From the NCBI RefSeq assembly GCF_001194135.2, contig NC_069000.1, positions 3,100,972 through 3,164,971 of the forward strand: a DNA stretch of 64,000 nt, written 5' to 3'. How positions within the stretch are numbered: the stretch's first letter is position 1; every line of letters begins with the position of its first letter. This stretch comes from Octopus bimaculoides. Taxonomy: Eukaryota. Shown here piece after piece: positions 50,525-64,000 of the stretch. The translations under genes and the position numbers were made by a program. A model generated the notes under the pieces. That model made no database searches, was not told the origin of the DNA, and saw nothing but the letters and a program-made list of their open reading frames with translations.

Positions 50525-53155
50525 NNNNNNNNNNTGCACAGACACTCGCATGTATATATATATATGTAACCTTTATATGGATATATTCCTTATTATTATT
50601 TTGTTTCAGATTATATTTTGTACATCGTTATCAATTTAATATAAAACCAAACTGAAATATTGATAGGAATTGTTTCTTGTATGGTAATTTTTCAAATATG
50701 AATTTATATTCATCTATTTCATTTTATTTTATTTTTCTCAGTTTCATAATTTTTCTTCTTTAAATGAACGAGACGTGAATTTTAACGCCATAAACGACAT
50801 TAAATGCACTCAGGCGTGACACGAATGGAGTAGACACAACAGAAATAAACAAGAAATATAGCAAGCCACTATTTTAGTAACGAGCTAACTAGATAAATAT
50901 ACAAATATTAATATTTAATCTCTTTGCTGTTATGGCTAGTTCTATTAGCTTTGTCACTGTTTGTTTCGTCCTTCCTGAACGAAAGTCATATTTCTTCTTT
51001 ATGTAAATTATTCTTCAATTTTTGCATTACTTACAAGTATTTATTTTCCTTTTTAATTTGAGTTTGTGTGTTTGATTTCTCTTAAAATATTCAAATTTTC
51101 ATAATCTTATATTTGATAATATTTATTCTGTTTAGTCTTTTTTTTTCTGTATCGTCTCCTTCCGCTCCGCTATGAGAGAATTTGTAATTTTAAATTTCAT
51201 AAACTTTAAAGAATTACTAACATTATTTTTGTTCTTCTAGCATAAAGATATTATCATTAAATAAATGTGAGGAGCGGAATAATAATTCTATAATAATAGT
51301 GTATCGCTCAGTATAAAGAATAGTCCTAGATTTTGGCTAAATCTCTCATGTTTTAAAGAAGATTAATTTAGTAATTCTTCTGTTTTACGTTAACTGTGAT
51401 TTTTGCGATTGTTTCACTGTTTTAACTTTCTTTTATTTTCAGGAAGTATATCGCTAAAATGTCGTTCCTTTCAACCACAAAATTACTATGTTACTTTGAT
51501 ACACAACCAAATAATTGGAAAGTTACCTATTCGTTATAATGCCGCCTGAAACAACTATCATTATCCTGAAAATTGCTCAATTTTATATTACAAAACAATC
51601 TTTACAGTTTACAATAATTACAATCCCCAGAGGAAATTTCCACTTCTAAAACTTATCATTATAAATTCATAACACATATATAAATATATTAACATATACA
51701 TAATTATATATATACACAAATGCATGTGTGTATTTATATGTTGGCAGATGTTTATATATACGTGTAGGCGCACACAGATGTTTGCAGCTTGCTGCCTTTA
51801 ATGTATGTAATAATTTTACGTTTGTAGTTTATATTATCATGTTTTTAAATATAATGCCATGCATGCATGTAAGAAGGTATGTTATTATAGTGTACTTTTA
51901 TTGGTATTATATTGCTTGTGCGTGATCGGGATTGCGTAGTTCATGTATATTACTTTCTTTACGGAAATATTTGAGTTGTTATGAGCAAATAAGGTCTAAG
52001 AGTTTGTGCAGTTCTTTGATGTTGAAAGCGTAGTGATCTCTATAAGATTGTATGTAGTTTTGATGGCTACAATGGTGGAATCTTCTCAAAAGCATATCTG
52101 TTAAGGTGAAATGCCAAAGAAAATTAAATGATCAACAACAGCACTATCGAATTTGTAACAGTAGCAGCAGAACCACAACGTTCCCTGAAGCAATACTTTC
52201 AATGTAAGAAGCCTTCGAAAATATAATAAAAATTAAGATGTTTAAGATGATAATAACAAGATCGACAGGAGCAACAACAGTTGCATCTGTTATTCTAAAC
52301 ATTTCTAGGTCTCATGGCCTGCTAGAAATAGCAGGCAAATAGCTTTAAAACTTTTGCAGGAAACAAAACAAAAAACGAGAGAATACGTTCGATGATGTGT
52401 TGAAAGATGCTCTTAAAGTGATAGGATGATCTTGAGCGAAATAGTTTCGATCATAGTTCAAAGCTCGACCGAAAATCGCATTGGGTAAGAGAATTAAACA
52501 TGTAACTCTATAATAGCTGGTTTGTGACTAAATCGAGAAAAGTTAAATAATTCCAAATGTGTTTTGAACATTGTAGAGTAAGATAGCCTACAGGTGACAA
52601 TGTAACTTCTTTGGTAAAAAAAATAAAAATAATACTTTTAGTACTTAGATGATAGTGTTTGTTTTATGTTTTATAGCGATTCTTTTCTATTACTGTTGTC
52701 AATTCAAGTCTGTATATACTAGCGATTATTTTAGAATCATCTATGCTTAAATGGAATCTTTGAGTTGTTCGGTTACCAGCATAAGAAACGTTACTTCCGA
52801 TAAAATGCGTCTTTAGCTAACATTTAATGAAAGTTATTTCTTGACCTGCTACGATTAGCAGCTACATACCCTTTTAATTGAACACTATGGAAAAGAAAAC
52901 TCGATAACGGTGTTCTAGATTCATTAATACAGAAATGAGAACCGACAGACAAGATAGTAATAGGTGGAAAGTCATTAATCACAGGTTGACAGATTCAAGT
53001 TGTCCCTTACGCTAAACATATTTACTTGACAAATTAAGGTGTCTAATATTTGTTCTACTCTTCTCTGCCGCAATGTTATACCGTAGGTTCTCTGTTAATG
53101 AGTGTAGAGAACAGCGTCTTTTGAATCAGCAAAGAAAATTTCTTCACTGTGATAT

Positions 53156-53231
53156 CTGTGATATAGCTTACATACTGTGATATAGCTTACACACTGTGAT
53201 ATAGCTTACACACTGTGATATAGCTTACACA
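53156..53231. repeat. 19-bp minisatellite, 4 copies
   Basis: ctgtgatatagcttaca(c/t)a at 53156, 53175, 53194 and 53213. Confidence 0.95.
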
Positions 53232-55120
53232 CTATGTGATAGATATTTGCCTTTGTAATGTTGCAGTGATCAATATGGCCAAGCGATTCAAACTGTGGAG
53301 TTGAAGAAAACTTGGGAACGTAAAGGAGAAGAGGAATAACTTTCAGAAAACTTTAATTAACAAGTTATCAAGTTCAATTCCACAAACCAGCGTGTCTCCA
53401 CCAAAGCAAAATAAAAAAAAAAAGAATGCATAAGATAATCACATTTGACGTTCATGCATATATTGTAATAATTTGGTATTAAGAACAAATACGAAATAAG
53501 TAAATTTTAACATTTGTTGAAAGCTTTTAATAAAAGGATTTCGCAGTATATTAATGACAACGTGATGCATGTTGATACCTATCTGTAATGGTGAATTTTT
53601 AGACTACACCAACGGATTTAATTAACGAAGGCTAAGACAGATAAATTTACGGAAACTGAAATCGACTCATTAACACTACAATTGCGCACAAGTGACCATT
53701 TTGTACATCGCAATTACATTCAGGTTTATGTCAGCACTATAAGCGAAAATTTGGTGTGCGTATGTATAAGCATTTTAATCTAGTTTTTATACGTAAATTT
53801 TTATAGCTTAATCTGCTTCGCGATTAACCGTTCTAAAAAGTAATTCTATCCTGTTCTCTCAGTTTCTAAATTATTACGATATTATACAAATCTCCCACGC
53901 ACGTACACGCATATATATATATATATATATATATATGCATGTATGTATACATACACTCTTCCCAGCAATATTCATCTGTATTTATGTGTGGAACTGTATT
54001 TATAACAATCTCTCTATGTATATGTGTATACCGGTAAACAAAATGTTGTTTTCCAATCCATTTTCTTTTGTTTTCCAATATTTCCAGTGTTAAATTTCAA
54101 ATCAATAACACTAGAAATATTTTATAAACTAAAAGTTGATTCAAAATAACAGCAAAAAGAAACCAGGAAAATGTAACAAAAATTATGAAATTTTAGATAT
54201 TCATCTTTATTGATCTGAATTCGAATTTCAGATATTTCTTCTTTATTTATTAAATATCGATTTAGTTTCTAATTTCTATTGCTGATTTCGTCTCAATCAA
54301 TTCCAAGTTATGGAAAGTCTTCCATTGTACAAATTTTGAAATTTCTTGAAATTAAAAGAAAATAAACTGTAGGAATATTTTTTTGTAAATGTATGTGGAA
54401 TACATACTTTCTGTCACAGACATACAGGTGCATAAATGAATGCAGGAATGTTTGTGCACACATGGGAAGATTATATAGGTGTGTATATGTGTGCAATATA
54501 CACATATACATAAAGGAAAATAGACAAATAAATAGATAGTGCTGAGGCTTTAAATTTTATTTCCTGTTACCACTTTGTGCTGTAGAAAACGTTGTCAATA
54601 GAAGTTCTGAAATAGTTTAGATTGGAGCTCAAACTTGGCATATGTTTACAAACTCTGCAATTTATATTCATAACATTTTTTAAAAAAGGATCATGCATCG
54701 AAATGTAAATTAACATATACTAACACAGACGCGCAAGGTGTGTTTTTGTAAATTTGGATTCAAACCTGGACCCTAAAAGCAAACGATACGGCCAAAGAGC
54801 AGTATCGATTCGAAGTTTTATGTAGATTGCAAGGTAATGGTTTCTGTCGTTATGCCTAACTCATCGTAAAGTGAAGACCAGCAGGAGTGACATCCAGGCT
54901 ATTGCAAAAAGGCAAGTCACTGGATTTGATTAAAACGAGACAATGAAATATGTCTAAAATAATATTGAGAGAAGTCTAGTAACCGGTTTATGTCGCAAAA
55001 TGCCGTCGAGGAAAGAACGCCGAAATGGCACGCATTCTCTCCTGATGATACTCATACGCTTGCTAGTGCCTTACATGCGGAGATTTGATATGGGAGCACT
55101 TGCATCTGCACGTTGTTCGG

Positions 55121-55155
<35 letters not shown>

Positions 55156-55265
55156 CGTATTATGTAAAATATTTGATTTCAATTCAAGTAATGAGGTAAC
55201 ATACTGCAATAAATTTAAGAAACAGTGAAAGCAACTGATAAAACAAACAGAAAATTGAGTAAATA

Positions 55266-55334
55266 ACTCACAGAGGCTTGCAGTAACACCTGAGTAAAAC
55301 AATTGGACTTACCTGAAAAAAAGAAGAGAAAAAA
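55266..55334 (-). other. Candidate recursive splice site (ratchet point) with a 41-nt cryptic RS-exon
   Basis: Minus strand: ttttttctcttcttttttt (19 pyrimidines), CAG|GTAAGT (junction 55313/55312), then CCTCT|GTGAGT 41 nt after the junction (donor 55271-55266). Confidence 0.45.
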
Positions 55335-56144
55335 TTCATAAAATACTTCCATATAAATAGGCAATGATAAAAATTGACATTGTTTCAATATTTAAAAATT
55401 CCTATGACATGTTCAGTAACAGTGGTTTGATAAATATATTAAGAATTTACGTAGCAGATAAATTAAGTACATGTTCTTGCATAGGAGCGAGAGAATTCAG
55501 CGCAGTTACTTGGATGCAGGCGTTTTGGCACGGTTAACCTTTCAGCATTTAAACTATTTTGGCGAAGGATTTTTTGGCATGGGAAGTAAGCACCCACGTG
55601 CATGCTTGCATGAGAAATATAGATAGATAGATAGAAATATAGATAGATAGATAGAAATATAGATAGATGCGTAGAAAGAAAGAGGAAAGAGAAATTACAA
55701 TTTATTTGTGATGCCGATTAACATAAACACGGTCGCTTTCTTCGAAGGCTCGAAGAGAAATAGGTTCACAGAGAGACAGAGAGAAAAGGAGAAAGAAGAA
55801 ATAGATAGAGAGGGGGAATGGGTGAGATACATGTGGAGACTATGATAAATATTTTCACGGTACTAAATATTCACGGATACATAAGGTCTAATGTCAAACA
55901 TGTCAGCGTCGAATTAGAGATGCCAGTGAGGCAGGAACAACATGGTTGCATCAGAGCCTCTTTTAGACTTCTCACATCCATAAGCTAACTATAATGGTGT
56001 TAACAGATGCTGTACAATTAATGGTATAACAATGTTTAATGTAACTAATACCAATATTTTTCTGGAGCATCCTTGGATGTCTTTAGAAATGTGATAGTTA
56101 TGTAATTCATAATTTAATTGATACATATTATTTTTTTTCTTTTT

Positions 56145-56490
56145 CACTCATTTGGATGCGGACATGAAGGGCCAGTGGAAATTGTTCCATTAGTTTTTTT
56201 TTACAGAACTGGGAAGTAACGCGGACGTAAATATACCAACAACGGTTGTCAAGTAGTTGTGGGATACAAACACAAGTACAATCCCCACTACCGCACACGC
56301 ACATACATCACACACAAACGCAATACACACAAATATATACACACACTCAATATATACAAACACACACGACAGGATTCTCCCTCCTCAAAATCTACTCACA
56401 AGTCTTTGGTTGGCTAGAGACCAAACTAGAAAACACTACCCAAGATTCCACGAAAAGTCACTGAGCCCGGGACTATGTGACTGACAACCA
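56145..56490 (-). mobile_element. Composite SINE: family C head/body, CA-rich spacer and family D tail
   Basis: D part: tcatttggatgcggacatg...ggacgtaaatataccaacaacggttgtcaag...caaacacaag. CA-rich spacer at about 56276-56362. C part: acgacaggattctc...aaatctactcacaagtctttggttggc...gagcccgggactatgtg. Confidence 0.7.
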
Positions 56491-57784
56491 CAGTTATTTA
56501 TACATCCAAAAATTATGATAGGGTTGCACACGATTTCTGCTACAATATCTGGACAGTCTTTGCATACATTCTCAAAATCAGCAATATGAAAATGCAATGC
56601 AATATCGTCCTACCCACTCCCCTTGATCCACTGAAGAACCTTCTATAAATTCCGGCCCATCTAAGCGGAAAGGATATAACTGCTATTTCACAGTTTACGT
56701 GACCGTAGACTCTCACTCCTCTGTTGTGAACTATTTGAAAGCATAGTACATTTACTCAAGCCATTCCGACATAGAATTTTGCGTCTTCTTGTAGTATTGC
56801 ACTGAACTGAAATTTCAATGGAAGTTGTGGAGTCTTACCAACATTGAATGAATTTTAGATATGGATGCAGAACATAAAATTATTGATCTACGAAGTCTCA
56901 GAATGCTGGAGATATTGTAGGGAATTCCATCACCATATCACTATGCAATAAAATTTCCTCAGCATGAATATTTCATAACAAATTTATAAATATTTTTAAA
57001 GTATATCTTAATAATTTACTACCGCCTTTCACTGTAATATCCTTTTCGATATACCCCTAAAATTGGAGCGTGTCCGGTGTAGCAAAAACTGACGAAAAGC
57101 AGGAGAGAGGCATGTATGGCATTATTACCTCATATACTAATAAGATTTTTAAAGCGGAACTAAGAATATGCATATTGCATCGCAGATTTTATAGAATTTA
57201 TAAACCTAATAAATTCATAAAATTTGTATGCAGAAAAATGATTTTGTCGTTTAAGTGTTTGGGGTTTTTAAATGGAATTTATAGGCGTAGGAGCATGTTT
57301 AGAAATTCTCCTTTCACGCTATGTTGGTGACTCCATTTATTGAGTTGAACAGGATATTCATTAAACAATTACATGGGTTTCCTACAAATATTTCAAATGG
57401 ATGCACGATAAATATGAATGTCATGCATGTGCAGATAAATATGGCGGATCGATAAACTTGAGCGATAGATTGAATAAACGGGAGATATGAAAGGATATTT
57501 AATATCTGTGTCTTGTTATCATGTGAGTTAACCCTTTTAACAACGATAGATTATTTAAGTAAATAAGTTAGGGAGGAAACAGATAACTAAAGATACGAAA
57601 AGTGAATAAAGAGAAGCATAAAGATAGAGATGTAATGAGAGTAGTGAAGTGAGTGATTGTTAAGATGTGTAAGTGTAAAATGTCTTGATACAGCTTCATG
57701 ATGAACACAATTATTCCTTTGAATGTGTAAGCATCACGGCGTTTGATGAACCGGACATCCGACACATCGAATCGACGGGAGGTG

Positions 57785-57823
<39 letters not shown>

Positions 57824-58965
57824 TTGTAAGTATATGATTTTGGGAGTTTATATAATTGTAAGTGTCTGGTTGCGTGTTTTGGTGCGCCGGCAATGTTTAT
57901 CAGTGAAGAATGTTCAAAGATTTAAGAAACCAAAAACGCCAAGACAAGTGCATTTCCGCACAATGCTCCGTGCACTATTTCATCTGTGCAAAGACGAATA
58001 CACTTCCAAGTCATTATTTCATTGCAAACATGCAGCAAAACACTGGTTGGCCTATTAAAAAACTTATCCAATAAAGTTCTTGTCCATTAGTTGCGATATG
58101 AAGCGAAAAATGTGTTCTTGAAACTTAAGTGAAACTCGACAGAATATTGGGAAATATATTGATTATTAATAACGAAACAAGCTGTTAATTTGGTGTAAAT
58201 GTGTGTGTGTGTGTGTGTGGAGGGGAGATTAGCAATCTGTGGAATCGACTGAAGTAATTAGCGGGTCATTATTATATTGATACCCGGTTGATGGAAGACA
58301 ACGATAAGATCGACCGTATTTTCACTCTGCACTCTCCCCGTGTGTATGTATGTGTGTGTATATANNNNNNNNNNNNNNNNNNNNNNNNNNNNNNNNNNNN
58401 NNNNNNNNNNNNNNNNNNNNNNNNNNNNNNNNNNNNNNNNNNNNNNNNNNNNNNNNNNNNNNNNNNNNNNNNNNNNNNNNNNNNNNNNNNNNNNNNNNNN
58501 NNNNNNNNNNNNNNNNNNNNNNNNNNNNNNNNNNNNNNNNNNNNNNNNNNNNNNNNNNNNNNNNNNNNNNNNNNNNNNNNNNNNNNNNNNNNNNNNNNNN
58601 NNNNNNNNNNNNNNNNNNNNNNNNNNNNNNNNNNNNNNNNNNNNNNNNNNNNNNNNNNNNNNNNNNNNNNNNNNNNNNNNNNNNNNNNNNNNNNNNNNNN
58701 NNNNNNNNNNNNNNNNNNNNNNNNNNNNNNNNNNNNNNNNNNNNNNNNNNNNNNNNNNNNNNNNNNNNNNNNNNNNNNNNNNNNNNNNNNNNNNNNNNNN
58801 NNNNNNNNNNNNNNNNNNNNNNNNNNNNNNNNNNNNNNNNNNNNNNNNNNNNNNNNNNNNNNNNNNNNNNNNNNNNNNNNNNNNNNNNNNNNNNNNNNNN
58901 NNNNNNNNNNNNNNNNNNNNNNNNNNNNNNNNNNNNNNNNNNNNNNNNNNNNNNNNNNNNNNNNN

Positions 58966-59004
<39 letters not shown>

Positions 59005-59009
<5 letters not shown>

Positions 59010-59175
59010 GACGGGCTTCTTTCAGCCTCTATCTATCAAATCCACTCCCAAGTCTTTGGTCGGCCCGTGGCTATAGTAGAAGACGCTTGCTCAAGGTGGC
59101 ACGCACTAGGACAGACTCCGGAACCATGTGGCTGGTAAGCAAGCAACTTACCACACAGCCACTTCTGCGCCTATA
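59005..59175 (-). mobile_element. SINE family C, well preserved
   Basis: tatacgacgggcttctttcag...aaatccactcccaagtctttggtcggcccgtggctatagtagaagacgcttgctcaaggtggcacgc...ggaaccatgtggctggtaagcaagcaacttaccacacagccac. Confidence 0.9.
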
Positions 59176-59328
59176 TATATTTACAAATGTCTGAATATAC
59201 ATATGTTTACGATTATGTAAAGATAGACGTACTAGTACGTATATACATATGTGTATTCATACGCACAAACATATTTACATAGTCATATATACAAATGTAT
59301 TTACTTATTTATAAAGATACACATATTA

Positions 59329-59361
<33 letters not shown>

Positions 59362-60480
59362 AAAAAACGTTACTAATATAATGTGTATTGATAACCTACA
59401 CATACGAGATCAGTATCGCTAGGACAATAAATTTTCATAAAGTCATATAAATTTATTACACACTTAAATATGCAATATATTTTACTTCATGTTCTTTTCA
59501 CGTCTTAGAGTATTCAAATTATTGCTAATTATGCGATGATGGAAAAACATTGAGGTAATGTGTCTCTAATAAGTAGACACTAGAGTACGAACATAGATAA
59601 TTTAAATTAGCGTTAAGTTTTTCGGCATAATCGTATGCATAAAGATTGATAAATATATATCCAGTTACATATCTTATCTAACAAGGGTATTATTTCAACA
59701 TAAACTGTATCTCTCTCTCTTTCTTTCTCTCTCTCTCTCTCTGTATACATATATTATATGTGTGTGGGGGGGGGGATATACAAACTATTATTCGGTGTTT
59801 CATAAGAATCCGTTCGTATTATCACAACTGTCTGATTAACACTGCAGTGAAACGCCGAGTACTCTTTCGTAAAGGTTTTTTTTTCTAGCTTTTATAAATA
59901 GTATATAACTCCACTTTTCGTAGTCATGCACTCTTTTTTCGCACTTGGTAGTATTAGACAGTTTAAATATATATTAACTGAAATTGTTGAATGAGCGTTT
60001 GGCTCAAACGGATGCCCAAGGAACCATGTCAGTGTAGATTTGTGAGTTTGATTCTGGCTGGGGTTAGCTAATCATTTCACAACCATTTGCTTGTATTTGG
60101 AAATTGTCGCTTCAAACCATCGGGTAATAGAATATTATTATGATGTATCATTACTCAGTTCCAGACATGTGTGCGTGTGAGGAAGCGTAGTGATCCCAAG
60201 GCTAAGATGTCTACTATGCATCATGACACGCTTAGATTCGATCTGATCCAGTAGAATCCGATCAAACCATAGTTCCTAAGCAATTATGTTAAACATGCGC
60301 CTCCTCGTTGGCCACTGATTGACGAGGATACAGCCTATTGGAATTACGATGAGAATCCACGTGTCTGTGGACCGACGTAACACATGCGGGCTAAATTAGG
60401 AGAAGATAAATCTATCGACCAAACACATGAATATTTATCATTGAGCATATGATATCCACTAGCATATAATCTCTCTCTCC

Positions 60481-60511
<31 letters not shown>

Positions 60512-60563
60512 TGTTTGTGCTCGTGTGTGTTAGATATATAGATTGAATGTGTGTATGATCATA

Positions 60564-60603
<40 letters not shown>

Positions 60604-61863
60604 GTGTATACATATACGCTCACACATCAACAGATATATATATATATATATATATATGTGCTTGCCTATCTGTGTTAGTGTATGTTTAAAATACTCTAGA
60701 ATAGTTGCTGATTTTTTTATTCAACTTGTATTAGTTGATTTTTGCTAAAACATTTTGAACAATATTTAAATCAGGCTCCTATCAGACAAAAATATTGATG
60801 ACTTCAGAGTAGTCTCTAAAGGTACGTAAATATAGGAAGGGTACCGATTATTGATTACCAAGATGTTCTTGCTTGGTTTGACGTGAAAATGGCCGTTATT
60901 TTTGTTTACAATTCAGCCATTGTTTTGATAAGGTTTCAAGGCAGAAAACCCAAAAAAATCAAAAAAAAAATAAAAGACCAAAAATATTGTAAATATAAAA
61001 TAAACAAAAATGAAACTGTATTTGCTAAAAGAAATTGTGCGATCGATGCCTCGACTTGTTGTTGAATCTCTGAATATTGGTCTGTGTCATTATAGATTTT
61101 TTAAGAGACAAAATATACTTTGAAGCTCACTTAGATATTTATAACCTGAAAGAAGCATATATATATATATATATATATATGTATATGTATATATATATGG
61201 GGGTGTATCTAAGTAAGTGTGTATGTGTATGTATGGCGAGATAGATAGATATACGTATGTGCATATGTATATATGAATGTGTTTGTGTGTGTGTGTGATT
61301 GTGTGTGTATGTGTGTTTGCTGTGTGTGTTGAATTTCCGATGGTCGATGATGAAATATCATTTGATAATGAGACTGCGTTACTTGCGCCTCGGCGAACGT
61401 TTGAATGTTAGATTTTCCCCAGACACATGTACCCATTATTTAATTGCCAGCTTCAATCAGAAAGGCACGTTCTGTAACAAATTTCTATCTGTAACAAGTT
61501 TCCAGTCATCATTACAGTTTCGGCCTGCTACACTTGAGACTGTTCAAAATTGGTAGGTCCCAAAAATTTAAGGTAAGGCCATAAAATGTTTGGAAGAAAG
61601 TGGGCGAATATGTGCGACAACAAGAAAACGGAGAAAATGTTACATGATTACAAATAAAAACAAGAATAACAATAAGTGTCTTTCGACTAAGAGGACAGGT
61701 TAAGTTAAGCTGGCGTGTGAAGAGGAAGCCTCAGCGCAACAAACATAAATGAAAGTCAGGAGACAGGAAAATAAGGTGTTGTGCGAGCGGGTTTCAGACC
61801 AAGAAAGAAAGATCGTGCTTGGACAGCACAAACATATACACATATATAATATCTGTATATATA

Positions 61864-61899
<36 letters not shown>

Positions 61900-62913
61900 T
61901 GTATGTATGTATGTGTGTGTGTATGTGTGTGTGTATGTGTGTGTGTATGTGTGTGTGTGTGTGTGCGTATATGGTATGTTTATATAAGTATTTATATATA
62001 GCTAGATAACTGTGAGTGTACATATACCTATGTATAAATACTTCGGAATAATTGTGATATTAATAACATTTTTCATCCGTTTTGCTCTCACTATCCTGCA
62101 TGCATCGTGACGTCTATTTAATCCTTTGAATTACCTACTGCCACACATTCACGTAGTGCTTCTTGTATAGTAATCTTTTAATTTTTTTATTTATTATTAT
62201 TATTTTTTTTTTCTTGCACAGAACAACCATATAAAATAACCATTCTAAAATAGAAAAAAACATCAACATTAATATTGCTGAATATGTTCAGCTATTCGTA
62301 AGGCCTCTCTAGGATTTGACAGCATGACAAGAAAGACAATGTAAAAGAAAACAAAAAATAAGACACTAACATTGTAACTATATAAAGCTTTACGGCGTAT
62401 AACCTTCATGACACACGCTAAAAAACACTAATGCACAGCTTATGTGAGCCATATTTTCAAGGAACTAATAAGAAAACGACAGTGCTGACATCTTGAGAGC
62501 GATCTTTTTCTTTTTAACAGCGAACTATGAATTCGATTAAACGAAGCACATGTTTTATGCCACGTTCATTTTCGTCACATATCCTTGATACCTGTCGTGT
62601 GACCAATCCGTTTTATTTCATAAAAGACAATGACATACACTTGCATTTCTCTCTTTCTCGTTCTCTGCCTCCTCTCTCTCGCTCAATATCTCTTTCTCTT
62701 AACACGCTTATATTCTTCGCTGACATGAAAAACGTAAAAAACATACATATCTTAATTTTAAAAAAAGCTACGTAATCATAGTGACTATATATAAAAAAGT
62801 ATCTGAAAGAACACACTATATATATACAAAATAAAGGTGAATTCGTAACATCATTCCCATACACGTAGAAGCACAAAATGTTTAACGCGCACTCCAAAAT
62901 GAAAATCTGTATG

Positions 62914-62953
62914 TGTAAAATCTGTGGCTGCTTTGTAAAATCTGTGGCTGCTT
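62914..62953. repeat. Perfect 20-bp tandem duplication
   Basis: tgtaaaatctgtggctgctt x2. Confidence 0.92.
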
Positions 62954-63023
62954 AAATGCAATTTGCCATGGGCAATGATATATTTACAAACGAGGCTGAC
63001 ACACTTCGTGACTGACACACGTG

Positions 63024-63097
<74 letters not shown>

Positions 63098-63355
63098 CGC
63101 ACCTACTCACAAACATGAAGACACACAGGCAGGAAGGCAGGTAGGCAAATTGATCGATAGAGTGATAGATAGAAAGACAGAAAGATATGAGATGATATGC
63201 TGGCGCAGACGTTACTGTTGAAACAGCATTCAAAGTACAGATGATGTAGTTATGTTTGTAACAACTGACAAATCACTTCTTTTTATTCAAAACTAGTCTG
63301 ATGAATCAGAACGTGTAAATCTCATTACTAGTTGTATGGTGCAAGTTTTATAAAC

Positions 63356-63386
<31 letters not shown>

Positions 63387-63751
63387 TGTGTGTGTGTGTG
63401 CGTGTGTGTGTGTGGATTAACTAAGATGCTCTACCATCGTTATTACATATTTTGTACTGTCAAGAAACATGTATTTGGTGTCCTTATCCTAAATTGACCC
63501 GTTCGTAAAATCTCATGGTTGTACATCTTGAACCAGGTTGGAGACAAATTCCGATGTGTATGATGAAACTTCATCAAAATTCATACAACGAACAAAATGG
63601 GATACACACCTTAAATTATATATATATATATATACATTATATATATACTTATGTATATATAGATACATAAATATATGTATATATACCTATGTATGTATAC
63701 ATATATACATATATGTATACATAACACATATACATATATAAATGTATATAC

Positions 63752-63828
<77 letters not shown>

Positions 63829-64000
63829 AACACCTACACATACACCGATAGAAAGACAGAGCATAGCTTTGATGTATTTTGATCTATAAATGTTAAACTG
63901 TATTCCCTGCTTCTGCTCATTGAATTATCTCTTGAAATGTTATGAAATATGAACATGCTGTCATTATATATATACCTAATTCCCTACTGTGAGCAGTATT

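Larger units (their letters stand above)
11556..58965. other. Eleven assembly gaps (N runs) within this span
   Basis: N runs at 11556-11686, 13140-13149, 13551-13888, 23134-23143, 29616-29926, 30600-30911, 34512-34579, 44793-45259, 46935-47445, 50525-50534 and 58365-58965; most abut (TA)n. Confidence 0.95.

Noticed and set aside
53156-53231. Short direct-repeat arrays (also 7328-7411 and 35646-35695) considered as CRISPR-like
   Set aside because: The units are contiguous with no unique spacers, there are no cas genes, and the context is eukaryotic.
54985-55595. Facing short motifs (cgcaaaat/cgccgaaat versus ttttggca/ttttggcg) that might be subterminal repeats of a DNA element around the recursive-splice candidate
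   Set aside because: No clear terminal inverted repeats or target-site duplication could be aligned; recorded only as a caveat to test.

Overview
This is AT-rich, microsatellite-dense eukaryotic DNA with 11 assembly gaps, most of them flanked by (TA)n. From memory, the SINE families and repeat style match octopus (coleoid cephalopod) DNA; this is an inference and no database search was run. I find no intact protein-coding gene, rRNA, tRNA gene or CRISPR array. Nearly all ORFs in the supplied track are translations of microsatellites, low-complexity tracts or N runs. The window is mostly tRNA-derived SINE copies (labelled families A-D here) plus decayed retroelements: RTE-like, CR1/L2-like, R4/Dong-like RLE-type, Ty3/Gypsy and a probable Penelope-like terminus. 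It also holds a pogo/Tigger-like MITE end and short minisatellites. It reads like a very large intron or intergenic DNA. Two signals stand out. (1) A minus-strand site with a 19-nt polypyrimidine tract, CAG|GTAAGT and a second GTGAGT donor 41 nt downstream (55266-55334), matching the architecture of a recursive splice site with a cryptic RS-exon. (2) A hammerhead-ribozyme-like fold with a non-canonical core in the Penelope-like terminus (7669-7704). Both are hypotheses from sequence inspection. Repeat boundaries are approximate and all family assignments rest on recalled motifs.
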